A DNA stretch of 64,000 bases from Clostridiales bacterium (GTDB lineage: Bacteria > Bacillota > Clostridia > Christensenellales > Aristaeellaceae), in NCBI GenBank assembly GCA_015056085.1, contig SVHA01000006.1:11729-75728 (forward strand). Direction: 5' to 3'. The notes below the pieces were generated by a model, which worked only from the letters and a program-made list of their open reading frames with translations, was not told the DNA's origin and did not search any database. Each line of letters begins with the position of its first letter. Positions within the stretch are counted from its first letter, which is position 1. This document shows, piece by piece, positions 1 to 7,240 of the stretch. A program made the translations under genes and the position numbers.

Positions 1-797
1 GCGATGTGTTCTTCGACATGGTCACCGTCGGCGGCACCATCAATGTGATGCTGGCCGCTGCCAAGGCCAAGGGCACCACCATTATTTACAATGCGGCCAA
101 GGAGCCCCATGTGGTTGATCTGGCAAACTTCCTCAACTCCATGGGCGCCAAGGTGAAAGGCGCCGGTACGGACACCATCCGCATCCGGGGTCAGGAATAC
201 CTGCACACGTCCACCTATGCCGTCATTCCCGATCAGATTGAAACCGGCACGCTGATGATCGCCGCGGCGGCCACCGGCGGCGACGTGGTCATCAACGGCT
301 GCATCCCCACCCACATGGAGGCGCTGTCCGCCAAGCTGCTGGAGATGGGCGCCAAGGTGTCCGACAGCGACGACGCCATCCGGGTGCGCTCTTTGGGCGT
401 GCACCGTGCCATCAACATCAAAACCCAGGTGTATCCCGGCTTCCCCACGGATCTTCAGCAGCCCATGAGCGCCCTGCTGACCACGGCCCGGGGCACGTCC
501 ATCGTGCAGGAGACCATTTTTGAGCATCGCTTCAAGCATCTGGATGAAATGACCCGCATGGGCGCCAAGGTGCGTGTGGAAGGCCGCACGGCGAGCATCA
601 CCGGCGTGCCGGAACTCTTCGGCGCCCCCGTGACCTGCACGGACCTGCGTGCCGGTGCAGCGCTGGTGGTGGCCGGGCTGATGGCCCACGGCACCACGGA
701 GATTTATCACCCCGAATACATTGACCGCGGCTATGAGCAGATCGAGCAGAAACTTCGCAGCCTGGGTGCAGACATCCGCCGTGAAACCGCTGACTGA
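1..797 (+). CDS. murA: UDP-N-acetylglucosamine 1-carboxyvinyltransferase MurA, C-terminal ~263 aa (5' end outside window)
   Basis: ORF is open to the window edge, stop at 795-797. Peptides [33 protein letters not shown] and [20 protein letters not shown] are typical of the MurA C-terminal half. Confidence 0.9.
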   Translation, partial: DVFFDMVTVGGTINVMLAAAKAKGTTIIYNAAKEPHVVDLANFLNSMGAKVKGAGTDTIRIRGQEYLHTSTYAVIPDQIETGTLMIAAAATGGDVVINGCIPTHMEALSAKLLEMGAKVSDSDDAIRVRSLGVHRAINIKTQVYPGFPTDLQQPMSALLTTARGTSIVQETIFEHRFKHLDEMTRMGAKVRVEGRTASITGVPELFGAPVTCTDLRAGAALVVAGLMAHGTTEIYHPEYIDRGYEQIEQKLRSLGADIRRETAD

Positions 798-849
798 TTT
801 GCTGTGACTTCCCCGGGGGAGGTGGTCTGATACGGGCAATCCCTTTGCA

Positions 850-1347
850 GTGCTGGGTCTGAGCGCATTGGCTGATGCGGATGAAGTCCGTGCGGCCTAC
901 CGCAACCTGGTCAAAACCTGTCACCCCGATAAATTCCTGGACGCGGATGAACGCAAAGCCGCCCAGGAAAAGATGATCGCTCTCAACCGGGCCTACGAGG
1001 AAGCGCTGCGCCTGGCGTCCCATCGCCGGGGCACGAATTACAACGCCGGCCTGTGCCTGGTGGACGCCTTGTCCATGGCGGACAAGATGCTCCGCCAGCA
1101 GCACCCTCAAAGTGCCATGCATCACCTGATGCGCACCTCCGAGCGGGACGCCGCCTGGTATGCAAAACAGGGTGAAGTGTACATGGCGATGCAGCAGTAT
1201 GAATCGGCGCACAACGCCTTCCGAGAAGCCATCCGCCGCAATCCCAACAACAATGATTATCGTCAGGGCGCGCTGGACGCCGCCCTCGCCATGAAAAAAG
1301 AGGCGACCTTCTCCGGCCGCCTCAGGAAAATGTTCCACAAAAAGTGA
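850..1347 (+). CDS. J-domain (DnaJ-like) protein with TPR-like C-terminal half
   Basis: AVLGLSALADADEVRAAYRNLVKTCHPDKF is J-domain helix I-II with the HPD motif. AWYAKQGEVYMAMQQYESAHNAFREAIRRNPNN is TPR-like. First canonical start is GTG 850, but J-like residues NPFA continue in frame upstream, so the start is uncertain. Confidence 0.7.
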   Translation: MLGLSALADADEVRAAYRNLVKTCHPDKFLDADERKAAQEKMIALNRAYEEALRLASHRRGTNYNAGLCLVDALSMADKMLRQQHPQSAMHHLMRTSERDAAWYAKQGEVYMAMQQYESAHNAFREAIRRNPNNNDYRQGALDAALAMKKEATFSGRLRKMFHKK

Positions 1348-1500
1348 CCAGGGGGTGCAACCTCCTGGACTCCTTGGTGAGGGCTTTGCCCCCAGCAGGG
1401 GCTCCGCCCCTGCACCCCGTTCGGGGGCGCTGCCCCCGACACCCCCGCAAGGGCCATTGGCCCTTGACCCATTACCCCAAGCCCAAGGGCTTGGGGGATT
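1348..1500 (+). repeat. Module A: tandem GC triloop-hairpin array starting 1 nt after the stop codon
   Basis: Hairpins include gcaggggc-tcc-gcccctgc, tcgggggc-gct-gcccccga and the constant gcaagggcc-att-ggcccttg, each followed by ACCCC. Same module at 2391, 7108, 12644, 25747 and 26897. Confidence 0.9.
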
Positions 1501-1510
1501 GTTCATATGT
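1475..1510 (+). terminator. Terminator-like hairpin closing module A (ccccaagccc / gggcttgggg)
   Basis: 10-bp GC stem followed by attgttcatatg. The same stem at other loci is followed by a clearer T-run. Confidence 0.5.
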
Positions 1511-1542
1511 GGGATTTTCCTTACATGATGTTTTGTTATGCG

Positions 1543-1675
1543 AGGTAGGGTTTCGCCCTCACGGGCGACCAAAGGGCTTTCCGATCGGTCCGCCTCCGCT
1601 TCGCTCCGGAAACTCGCCTTCGGCGACTGCCCACTGGGCAGTTCGTTTCCTTTGGAAACCTTCGGATGCAAGTAG
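1543..1675 (+). repeat. Module B1-long
   Basis: A gtgagg/cctcac-type hairpin, then ccaaagg...cctttgg closing a ~70-nt insert that contains cgcc-ttc-ggcg and ctgccc-act-gggcag hairpins. Colinear with the reverse complement of 12480-12600. Confidence 0.85.
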
Positions 1676-1687
1676 TTTTAGCATTGC

Positions 1688-2008
1688 ACAAACAAAAGCC
1701 CCCTCCGGAAGGGGGCACCGCCGTCAGGCGGTGGGGGAGCCTGCGGTGCAGCGGGTATGATTTCTTGCAAGGGGTAGCGCTTGTTGGATGTTCTTTCTCA
1801 AGCCTGAGAAAGAACCAAAGAGGGCCAGAGGGGGTGTCTCAATTCATCCCACCCGGAGACACCCCCTCTGGACTCCCCCCCTTTCCCCCGGTCTTGTGAG
1901 GGTTATTGAGTTGACTGACCCACAAACGCCTCGCGGGGGCGGCCCGCTTCGGGAGCGCTCCGATGGAGTCCGTGTGCGGCGACGGAGCGCCGCACGCCGG
2001 AACTGTCG
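1688..2008 (+). repeat. Module D: ~320-nt conserved structured core
   Basis: Shared with 6385-6832, 12112-12458 (reverse complement) and 26288-26637. Contains ccccctcc-gga-agggggc, caccgcc-gtca-ggcggtg, gttctttctca..tgagaaagaac, a 16-bp stem at 1825-1871 and gtgcggcg-acggag-cgccgcac. Confidence 0.9.
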
Positions 2009-2054
2009 TACCGGGGCGGGGATGAGGCGTGTTTCGGTTCCTTGCCGGAACAGG

Positions 2055-2115
2055 CAATCCCTCAGTCAAAAATCAGAGATTTTTGTCAGCTCCCTTTACA
2101 CAAGGGTGCCTTTTT
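2055..2115 (+). repeat. Fragment homologous to the 3' flank of the DUF559 gene cassette
   Basis: caatccctcagtca...cagctccctttacacaagggtgcc matches 55833-55882 (caatccctcagtca...cagctccctttacacaagggagcc). The internal hairpin has a different stem sequence. Confidence 0.7.
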
Positions 2116-2157
2116 GAGCCACTGCTAAATTGTTCTTTACGGCAAGGCTTTTCTTGC

Positions 2158-2222
2158 AAGGTGAGGTTTCGCCCTCACGAGCGACCAAAGGGCTTTCCGA
2201 TCGCCCTTTGGAAACCTTCGGG
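2158..2222 (+). repeat. Module B1-short
   Basis: gtgagg-tttcgc-cctcac, then ccaaaggg-ctttccgatcg-ccctttgg (2185-2211), then gaaaccttcgg. Confidence 0.85.
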
Positions 2223-2307
2223 TACCCTCGGATGAAAGGGGTATTAGTCTGATGGTTGAAGAAACGGTTTCCTTTCCTCCGGTTAGGTCAACTCCAAACG
2301 GTGCGAG

Positions 2308-2344
2308 CCGAAGGGGTCCAGGGGGCGATCGGAAAGCCCCCTGG
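2308..2344 (-). repeat. Module B2-short (GGG/CCC stem variant)
   Basis: The plus strand reads ccgaaggggtccagggggcgatcggaaagccccctgg, which is the reverse complement of the B2 form at 6877-6913. Confidence 0.8.
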
Positions 2345-2383
2345 TTGCCCCGGCAAAGACAAGAGAGATGTACAAATGCCCTC

Positions 2384-2418
2384 AACAAAAAATCCCCCAA
2401 GCCCGTCAGGGCTTGGGG
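2384..2418 (-). terminator. Terminator-like hairpin closing module A downstream of hom
   Basis: The minus strand reads ccccaagccc-tgac-gggcttgggg followed by gattttttgttg. Confidence 0.6.
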
Positions 2419-2544
2419 TGATGGGTCAAGGGCCAATGGCCCTTGCGGGGTCCAGGGGCAGCGCCCCTGGTGGGTTTCCAAAGGGCAAAGCCCTTTGGTG
2501 CGGGGCAAAGCCCCGCAAAAGGAGTCCAGGGGCGAAGCCCCTGG
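2391..2544 (-). repeat. Module A abutting the hom stop codon (2545)
   Basis: In the sense of hom: ccaggggc-ttc-gcccctgg, gcggggc-ttt-gccccgc, ccaaagggc-ttt-gccctttgg, ccaggggc-gct-gcccctgg, the constant gcaagggcc-att-ggcccttg, then the terminator-like hairpin. Confidence 0.9.
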
Positions 2545-3822
2545 TCACCCTTCGGTGCGAATAACGCTCTGTACCTGGCAGACGGCTTTCGGCATGGCGG
2601 CGAGCGCCGCCTGCACGGACATTTCCGGGGCGGAATGGGTAATCAGCACAAGGGTCAGGCGGCCATCCACCGGGGCGTCCCGCTGCACCATGGTGGCAAT
2701 GGACACATTCTCCCGGGCAAGGCAGCCGGCGATTTTTTCCAGCGTGCCGGGGGCGTCCACGGCACTCATGCGCACAAAGAAGCGGGTGTTCCAGTTGCGG
2801 GTGAACTGCAGGGACACATCCGGCTCGGCGAGGAAGGCAGAATCCGGGAAGAAATGCTCCGTCGCATTGCCAGCCCGCATGATGTCTCCCACAATAGCGC
2901 TGGCGGTGGGCAGATCGCCCGCACCGCGGCCCTGCAGCATCATTTCCTTGCAGGCGTGACCGCTGAGGTATACGGCGTTGAAGGAATCATGCACCCGGGA
3001 CAGGGGATGTTCCTTGGGCAGGAAAGTGGGATGCACCCGCACTTCCACCGTGTCGCCCTCCCGCTTGGCCACGGCCAGCAGTTTCATCACATAGCCCAGT
3101 TCCTTGCCCCAGGCGATATCCTCCTGGGTCACGCCGGTGATGCCTTCACGATACACCTGCTTGAAGGGCACGCGGGTATGGAATGCCAGGGACGCCATGA
3201 TCGACAGCTTGTAGGCGGCGTCCATGCCCTCCACGTCGCTGGAGGGATCCGGCTCGGCCAGGCCCAGTTTCTGGGCGTCTGCCAGCACGGCGGCGTAATC
3301 CTCACCCTGCTCGTACATCCGGGAGAGAATATAGTTCGTAGTGCCGTTGATGATGCCCATGATGCTGCTGATGCGGTTGCTCTGCATGGGGCCGGACAGC
3401 ACGTCGATCACCGGGATGGCGCCGCATACGCTGGCCTCATAATACAGTCCTGCACGGCCATGGCGGGCGGCCTCGTGGAGGCGGTGCCAGTTCAGCGCCA
3501 ACGCCATCTTGTTGGCGGTGACGACGGTCTTGCCGCTCTTGAGCGCCCGGAGCATATATTCCGTGGCGGGCTGTTCGCCGCCCATGAATTCCGCCACCAG
3601 GGTGATTTCCGGGTCGCAGAGCACATCTTCAGGGCAGGTGGTCAGAAGGGATTGGGGCACAGAGCAGGTGCGTGCCTTGTTCACATTGCGCACCAGCACC
3701 TTCTTCACCCGGATTTTCAGGTTCGCCCGCTGGGCCAATTCCTTCTCAAAGCCTTCCAGCAGTTTCCACACGCCGCCGCCCACATTGCCGCAGCCCAGAA
3801 AGCCGATCACCAGTTCCTTCAT
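2545..3822 (-). CDS. hom: Homoserine dehydrogenase
   Basis: 425 aa. N-terminal NAD-binding GFLGCGNVGGGV, a central homoserine dehydrogenase core and a C-terminal ACT-like region. Confidence 0.9.
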   Translation of the reverse strand: MKELVIGFLGCGNVGGGVWKLLEGFEKELAQRANLKIRVKKVLVRNVNKARTCSVPQSLLTTCPEDVLCDPEITLVAEFMGGEQPATEYMLRALKSGKTVVTANKMALALNWHRLHEAARHGRAGLYYEASVCGAIPVIDVLSGPMQSNRISSIMGIINGTTNYILSRMYEQGEDYAAVLADAQKLGLAEPDPSSDVEGMDAAYKLSIMASLAFHTRVPFKQVYREGITGVTQEDIAWGKELGYVMKLLAVAKREGDTVEVRVHPTFLPKEHPLSRVHDSFNAVYLSGHACKEMMLQGRGAGDLPTASAIVGDIMRAGNATEHFFPDSAFLAEPDVSLQFTRNWNTRFFVRMSAVDAPGTLEKIAGCLARENVSIATMVQRDAPVDGRLTLVLITHSAPEMSVQAALAAMPKAVCQVQSVIRTEG

Positions 3823-3853
3823 CCTCTGTCACTCCCTCTGCGATGCATCCGGA

Positions 3854-4624
3854 TTACTTTTCCTGATTGCGCTGATACAGAATCCGCAGGCCCTTGAGGG
3901 TCAGCAGGCCGTCCAGCACGTCGATGGCCTTGGATTCCTCCGCCACCATCACTGCCATGCCGCCGGTGGCGACCACCTTGGCGTCTTTGCCCAGTTCCTG
4001 CTTGATTTTTCTCACGATATTGGTCACCAGACCCACATAGCCGTAGAACATACCCGACTGCAGGTTGGTGAGCGTAGAGCGACCGATGATCCTCTCCGGC
4101 TTGGTCAGTTCAAACCGGGGAAGTTTCGCCGTGCCGGAGACCAGCGCCTCGGAGGCCAGCTTGATGCCGGGGCAGATGCAGCCGCCCAGGAACACGCCGC
4201 CTTCGTCAATCACGCCGAAGGTGGTGGCGGTGCCGAAATCAATGAAAATCGTGGGTGCGCCGTATTCCTCATAGGCCGCCACAGCGTTGGCGATACGGTC
4301 GCTGCCCAGTTCCCGGGGATTCTCATAGCGGATGTTGATGCCGGTTTTGATGCCCGGGCCGATAAAGGTGGGCGTTTTTCCGAAATAGTTCTGGCACATA
4401 TGCTCGATGGTGAAGTTGATCGTGGGCACCACGGAAGAAATGATGATGCCTTCCACCGCATCACGGGTAAGGCCCACGTGGTTGAACAGGCTCGTGAGCG
4501 TCATGCCGTATTCGTCAGAGGTGCTGTACTTGTTGGTCGACATACGCCAGTAGTGCTTCATCTCCGGGCCGTCAAACAGGGCCGTTTTGATGTTGGTGTT
4601 GCCGATGTCCATGGTGAGAATCAT
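3854..4624 (-). CDS. coaX: Type III pantothenate kinase
   Basis: 256 aa. N-terminal MDIGNTNIK (ASKHA phosphate-1 motif) and typical CoaX length. Confidence 0.9.
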   Translation of the reverse strand: MILTMDIGNTNIKTALFDGPEMKHYWRMSTNKYSTSDEYGMTLTSLFNHVGLTRDAVEGIIISSVVPTINFTIEHMCQNYFGKTPTFIGPGIKTGINIRYENPRELGSDRIANAVAAYEEYGAPTIFIDFGTATTFGVIDEGGVFLGGCICPGIKLASEALVSGTAKLPRFELTKPERIIGRSTLTNLQSGMFYGYVGLVTNIVRKIKQELGKDAKVVATGGMAVMVAEESKAIDVLDGLLTLKGLRILYQRNQEK

Positions 4625-4639
4625 GCTTGTCTTCCTCCG

Positions 4640-5212
4640 TTATTTGCGGATTTTTTGAAGCGCCGCTGTGATGGGCGGGCAAAGGATGGCAGCCACGGCT
4701 GCTTCAGCAGGGCCAGCGCCGCCTGCGGTGACGCCGATGAGGGTGAGCACCGTGGAGTTGTCAATGCCGCAGAGGGTATAAAACAGCAGCATCAGGCCCA
4801 GATACAGGACGGTGTTGGTCAGGGATCCTGCCGCCGCCGCCACCGCCATCGATGCCCGGGGGAAACGCTTGTGCATCAGCACATACACGCCCCACACGGT
4901 CAGCGGGATCATCAGCCGGGGCAGGAAGGTCATCACGGCGCACAGGAAAGGATTGGCGCCCATGAGGGTAGCCACCAGCGCCGAGGGCCTCAACAATGCC
5001 GAGAGGAAACTGGTGCAGCCGAACACAAAGCCCAGCACCAGTCCCCGCTTCCAACCCATGAGCATCGTGCCCACGGCCACCGGCACACATAAGATGGTCA
5101 CATTGCAAAAACCCAGCGGAATCAGCCCCAGCGGCGTCTGTCCCAGCAAAAAGATGACAGCGCTCAACAGGGACAGCACCACCAGGTCCATCAGTTTCCT
5201 GTTTGTTCTCAT
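4640..5212 (-). CDS. ECF transporter S component (possibly pantothenate-specific, PanT-like)
   Basis: 190-aa polytopic membrane protein of ECF S-component size and pattern. Substrate is inferred only from co-orientation immediately upstream of coaX. Confidence 0.6.
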   Translation of the reverse strand: MRTNRKLMDLVVLSLLSAVIFLLGQTPLGLIPLGFCNVTILCVPVAVGTMLMGWKRGLVLGFVFGCTSFLSALLRPSALVATLMGANPFLCAVMTFLPRLMIPLTVWGVYVLMHKRFPRASMAVAAAAGSLTNTVLYLGLMLLFYTLCGIDNSTVLTLIGVTAGGAGPAEAAVAAILCPPITAALQKIRK

Positions 5213-5332
5213 GTCTTCGCCTCCGTTCAGGTTCCGCCAGGCGGATACCCTACGATTTGCTTTTCCCCCCGCACAAAGGTGCAGCCCGTATCGGTCAAAG
5301 GAGCCTCTCTCTTTGCCGGGGCACAGGGGATT

Positions 5333-5345
5333 CTTTATTATACAC
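5333..5345 (-). promoter_or_regulatory. Candidate -10 region (GTGTATAATAAAG) for the ECF-S/coaX/hom operon
   Basis: The minus strand reads gtgTATAATaaag about 120 nt upstream of ATG 5212. The same 13-mer occurs on the plus strand at 5564-5576. Confidence 0.35.
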
Positions 5346-5563
5346 CCACAGGGGCTGATTTGTAAAGAAAAGGCGCCCTTCTGCCCGCTGGCTGGTCATT
5401 TTTGTGTGGAAAAGGGCGCTGCGCCGGCGGATGATGCGAAAAGCCGGGGCGAATCATCCCCTCCTGTGCGCCCTTGGCCCCGGCGAGAACACAAAAAGTG
5501 CAGAAAAATTGGTTTTGTAAGGAATTATTTACATCCCCGGGGGTTTTCATTTGTAAATAAAGT

Positions 5564-5576
5564 GTGTATAATAAAG
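5564..5576 (+). promoter_or_regulatory. Candidate -10 region (GTGTATAATAAAG) for the IreB-family gene
   Basis: TATAAT at 5567-5572, about 35 nt upstream of GTG 5607. No convincing -35 seen. Confidence 0.4.
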
Positions 5577-5606
5577 TGACACCCTTTCAGGAAAGGAGAC
5601 CTTGCC

Positions 5607-5876
5607 GTGGATGCTTTCAACACCATGAAACTGACCCCCCTGCAGGATACGGGAAATGAGGCGCAGGATATCCTGATGTATGTGTATCATGCGCTGCAGG
5701 CCAAGGGGTACGACCCCATCACCCAGATTGTGGGGTACATCATCTCCGGCGATCCCACCTACATCACCAGCTACAATCAGGCCCGCAGCATGATTTGCCG
5801 GCTGGAACGTGATGAGATCCTGGAGGAACTGGTGCGCTATTATCTCAGCGGCCACGCCGATGGCGGCAACGCCTGA
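5607..5876 (+). CDS. IreB family regulatory phosphoprotein (UPF0297/DUF965)
   Basis: 89 aa. [39 protein letters not shown] is the family signature. GTG start has AAAGGAG 8 nt upstream. Confidence 0.85.
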   Translation: MDAFNTMKLTPLQDTGNEAQDILMYVYHALQAKGYDPITQIVGYIISGDPTYITSYNQARSMICRLERDEILEELVRYYLSGHADGGNA

Positions 5877-5906
5877 CGCCGCTGTTTGCCTCGCTAAACA
5901 AACATC

Positions 5907-5954
5907 ATCCGAATGTTCGCCCGATGGGTGCGCATTCGGATTTTTTGTTTTTTT
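5907..5954. terminator. Bidirectional intrinsic terminator
   Basis: atccgaatg (5907-5915) pairs with cattcggat (5933-5941), followed by tttttgttttttt. Lies between convergent genes. Confidence 0.7.
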
Positions 5955-6328
5955 CAGCCATCCGGCGTGAAATATCGCCTGCCGCTGATCTCTTCAGCGT
6001 GAATCAGCAGCACTGCGCCGCCTGATTCAACCGAAATGATGGCCGCCACCCTGCCGGTGATGATCACCGTGTCCAGCCAGCCGCAGCCGGGGCGTTCCAC
6101 TTCCAGGCACACGGCATAGTTGGTCTCCACCGCCTCCGCCAGCCGGCCTTCCCCTCGACTGCCCACATGGAAGATCACCTCCCGCCCGGCGACTTCCATC
6201 TGGTACTCCATGGGCACGCACCAGGGCTGGCCGTCTGCCTCCGTCACCGCCATGCGGCACACGGTTTGCTCCCTGAGCACATCGAACACCTGAATGAAGT
6301 TCAGCGACTGCCACGCCCTTGCCGCCAT
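5954..6328 (-). CDS. Pyridoxamine 5'-phosphate oxidase-like FMN-binding family protein
   Basis: 124 aa. The pattern VCRMAVTEADGQPWCVPMEY...IFHVGSRGEGRL...VCLEVERP resembles the split-barrel PNPOx-like family. Confidence 0.6.
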   Translation of the reverse strand: MAARAWQSLNFIQVFDVLREQTVCRMAVTEADGQPWCVPMEYQMEVAGREVIFHVGSRGEGRLAEAVETNYAVCLEVERPGCGWLDTVIITGRVAAIISVESGGAVLLIHAEEISGRRYFTPDG

Positions 6329-6384
6329 GGGGACACCTCCTGTCCTGTGGTTTCATGGTATGCGGGGGCGTTGCGGGTGTGTTC

Positions 6385-6832
6385 CTTGCAAGGGATAGCG
6401 CTTGTTGGGTGTTCTTTCTTGGGTCTGAGAAAACCCTTGCGGCATTTCGGTAATGATTAGCGTTCTTTCTCAAGCCTGGGAAAACCCTTGCGGCATTTCG
6501 GTAATGATAAGCGTTCTTTTTCGAGCCTGAGAAACCATTGCGGCATTTCGGTAATGATTAGTGTTCTTTCTCAAGCCTGAGAAAACTTTTGCGGCATTTC
6601 GGTAATGATTAGTGTTCTTTCTCAGGCCTGAGAAAGAACCAAAGAGGGCCAGAGGGGGTGTCTCAATTCATCCCACCCGGAGACACCCCCTCTGGACTCC
6701 CCCCTTTCCCCCTGTCTTGTGTTGGTTATTGAGTTGACTGCCCCACAAGCGCCTCGCAGGGGCGGCCCGTTTCAGGGTCGCTCCGATGGAGTCCGTGTGC
6801 GGCGACGGAGCGCCGCACGCCGGAACTGTTGT
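6385..6832 (+). repeat. Module D copy (contains the 51-bp tandem expansion)
   Basis: Runs from cttgcaagggatagcgcttgttgg to cgccgcacgccggaactgtt. The invariant 47-nt hairpin is at 6649-6695. Confidence 0.9.
6411..6640 (+). repeat. Tandem repeat, ~51-bp unit, 4 full copies plus the ancestral partial copy
   Basis: Units start at 6411, 6462, 6513, 6563 and 6614 (gttctttctcaagcctgagaaaacccttgcggcatttcggtaatgattagc). The whole unit repeats with no unique spacers. Confidence 0.9.
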
Positions 6833-6876
6833 GGAGTGTCTTGGTTGATACCTGTTTCACGACCTTGCCGTCACAA

Positions 6877-6913
6877 CCAGGGGGCTTTCCGATCGCCCCC
6901 TGGACCCCTTCGG
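6877..6913 (+). repeat. Module B2-short
   Basis: ccaggggg-ctttccgatcg-ccccctgg followed by accccttcgg. Confidence 0.85.
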
Positions 6914-7003
6914 CTTGACCCCTACCGGCAATCTTGAGCAAGCAACAAAAGAAAAACCGTTCCTCCAACAAGCAGGTTACAACCCTAAACAAGAGATGGG
7001 ACT

Positions 7004-7064
7004 CCGAAGGTTTCCAAAGGGCGATCGGAAAGCCCTTTGGTCGCCCGTGAGGGCGAAACCTCAC
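7004..7064 (-). repeat. Module B1-short
   Basis: The plus strand reads ccgaaggtttccaaagggcgatcggaaagccctttggtcgcccgtgagggcgaaacctcac. Confidence 0.85.
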
Positions 7065-7101
7065 TTTGCATAAAAGCATAGCCTGAAAGGAAAATCCATC
7101 T

Positions 7102-7133
7102 ACAAAAAATCCCCCAAGCCCTTGGGCTTGGGG
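7102..7133 (-). terminator. Terminator-like hairpin closing module A downstream of aconitase
   Basis: The minus strand reads ccccaagccc-aa-gggcttgggg followed by gattttttgtag. Confidence 0.6.
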
Positions 7134-7240
7134 TAATGGGTCAAGGGCCAATGGCCCTTGCGGGAGTCCAGAGGGCAGAGCCCTCTGGTGGGGCGTGGGG
7201 CAAAGCCCCACATAAGGGGGGCGTGGGGCGAAGCCCCTGG
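7108..7240 (-). repeat. Module A abutting the aconitase stop codon (7241)
   Basis: In gene sense there are three variable hairpins (for example gtggggc-ttt-gccccac and ccagagggc-tct-gccctctgg), then the constant hairpin and the terminator-like hairpin. Confidence 0.9.

Larger units (their letters stand above)
1348..2544. repeat. Mosaic hairpin-repeat locus L1, filling the whole convergent gap between the J-domain gene and hom
   Basis: Order is A(+), B1-long(+), D(+), DUF559-flank fragment, B1-short(+), B2-short(-), A(-). The outer A copies are inverted relative to each other. ORF-track ORFs here are open on both strands and read through the hairpins. Confidence 0.9.
6385..7240. repeat. Mosaic hairpin-repeat locus L2 (downstream of the aconitase gene)
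   Basis: Order is D(+, 5'-truncated, with tandem expansion), B2-short(+), B1-short(-), A(-). Confidence 0.9.

Noticed and set aside
598-1671. ORFs running through the repeat loci, for example 598-1671(-), 2252-2959(+), 6726-7376(-), 12238-12645(-), 12659-13102(-), 25361-25996(-) and 25632-26120(+).
   Set aside because: Both strands are open over the same hairpins. The peptides (GAKPRKG.QG.SP..., PKGFPIG...) are simply translated palindromes. Frames and stops differ between repeat copies, and several run antisense into real genes (murA, hom, aconitase, AI-2E).
1688-2008. Module D as a retron ncRNA, group II intron remnant, IscB/TnpB omega-RNA or tRNA-derived SINE.
   Set aside because: There is no reverse transcriptase, intron-encoded protein, or IscB/TnpB/TnpA gene adjacent to any of the four copies. 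I see no tRNA cloverleaf or intron domain V/VI consensus. I cannot exclude trans-acting partners elsewhere in the genome, so this is kept only as something to test.
6411-6640. Possible CRISPR array (regularly spaced ~25-nt partial palindromes).
   Set aside because: The whole 51-bp unit repeats, including the would-be spacers, so there are no unique spacers. There are no cas genes in the window, and the repeat derives from module D.
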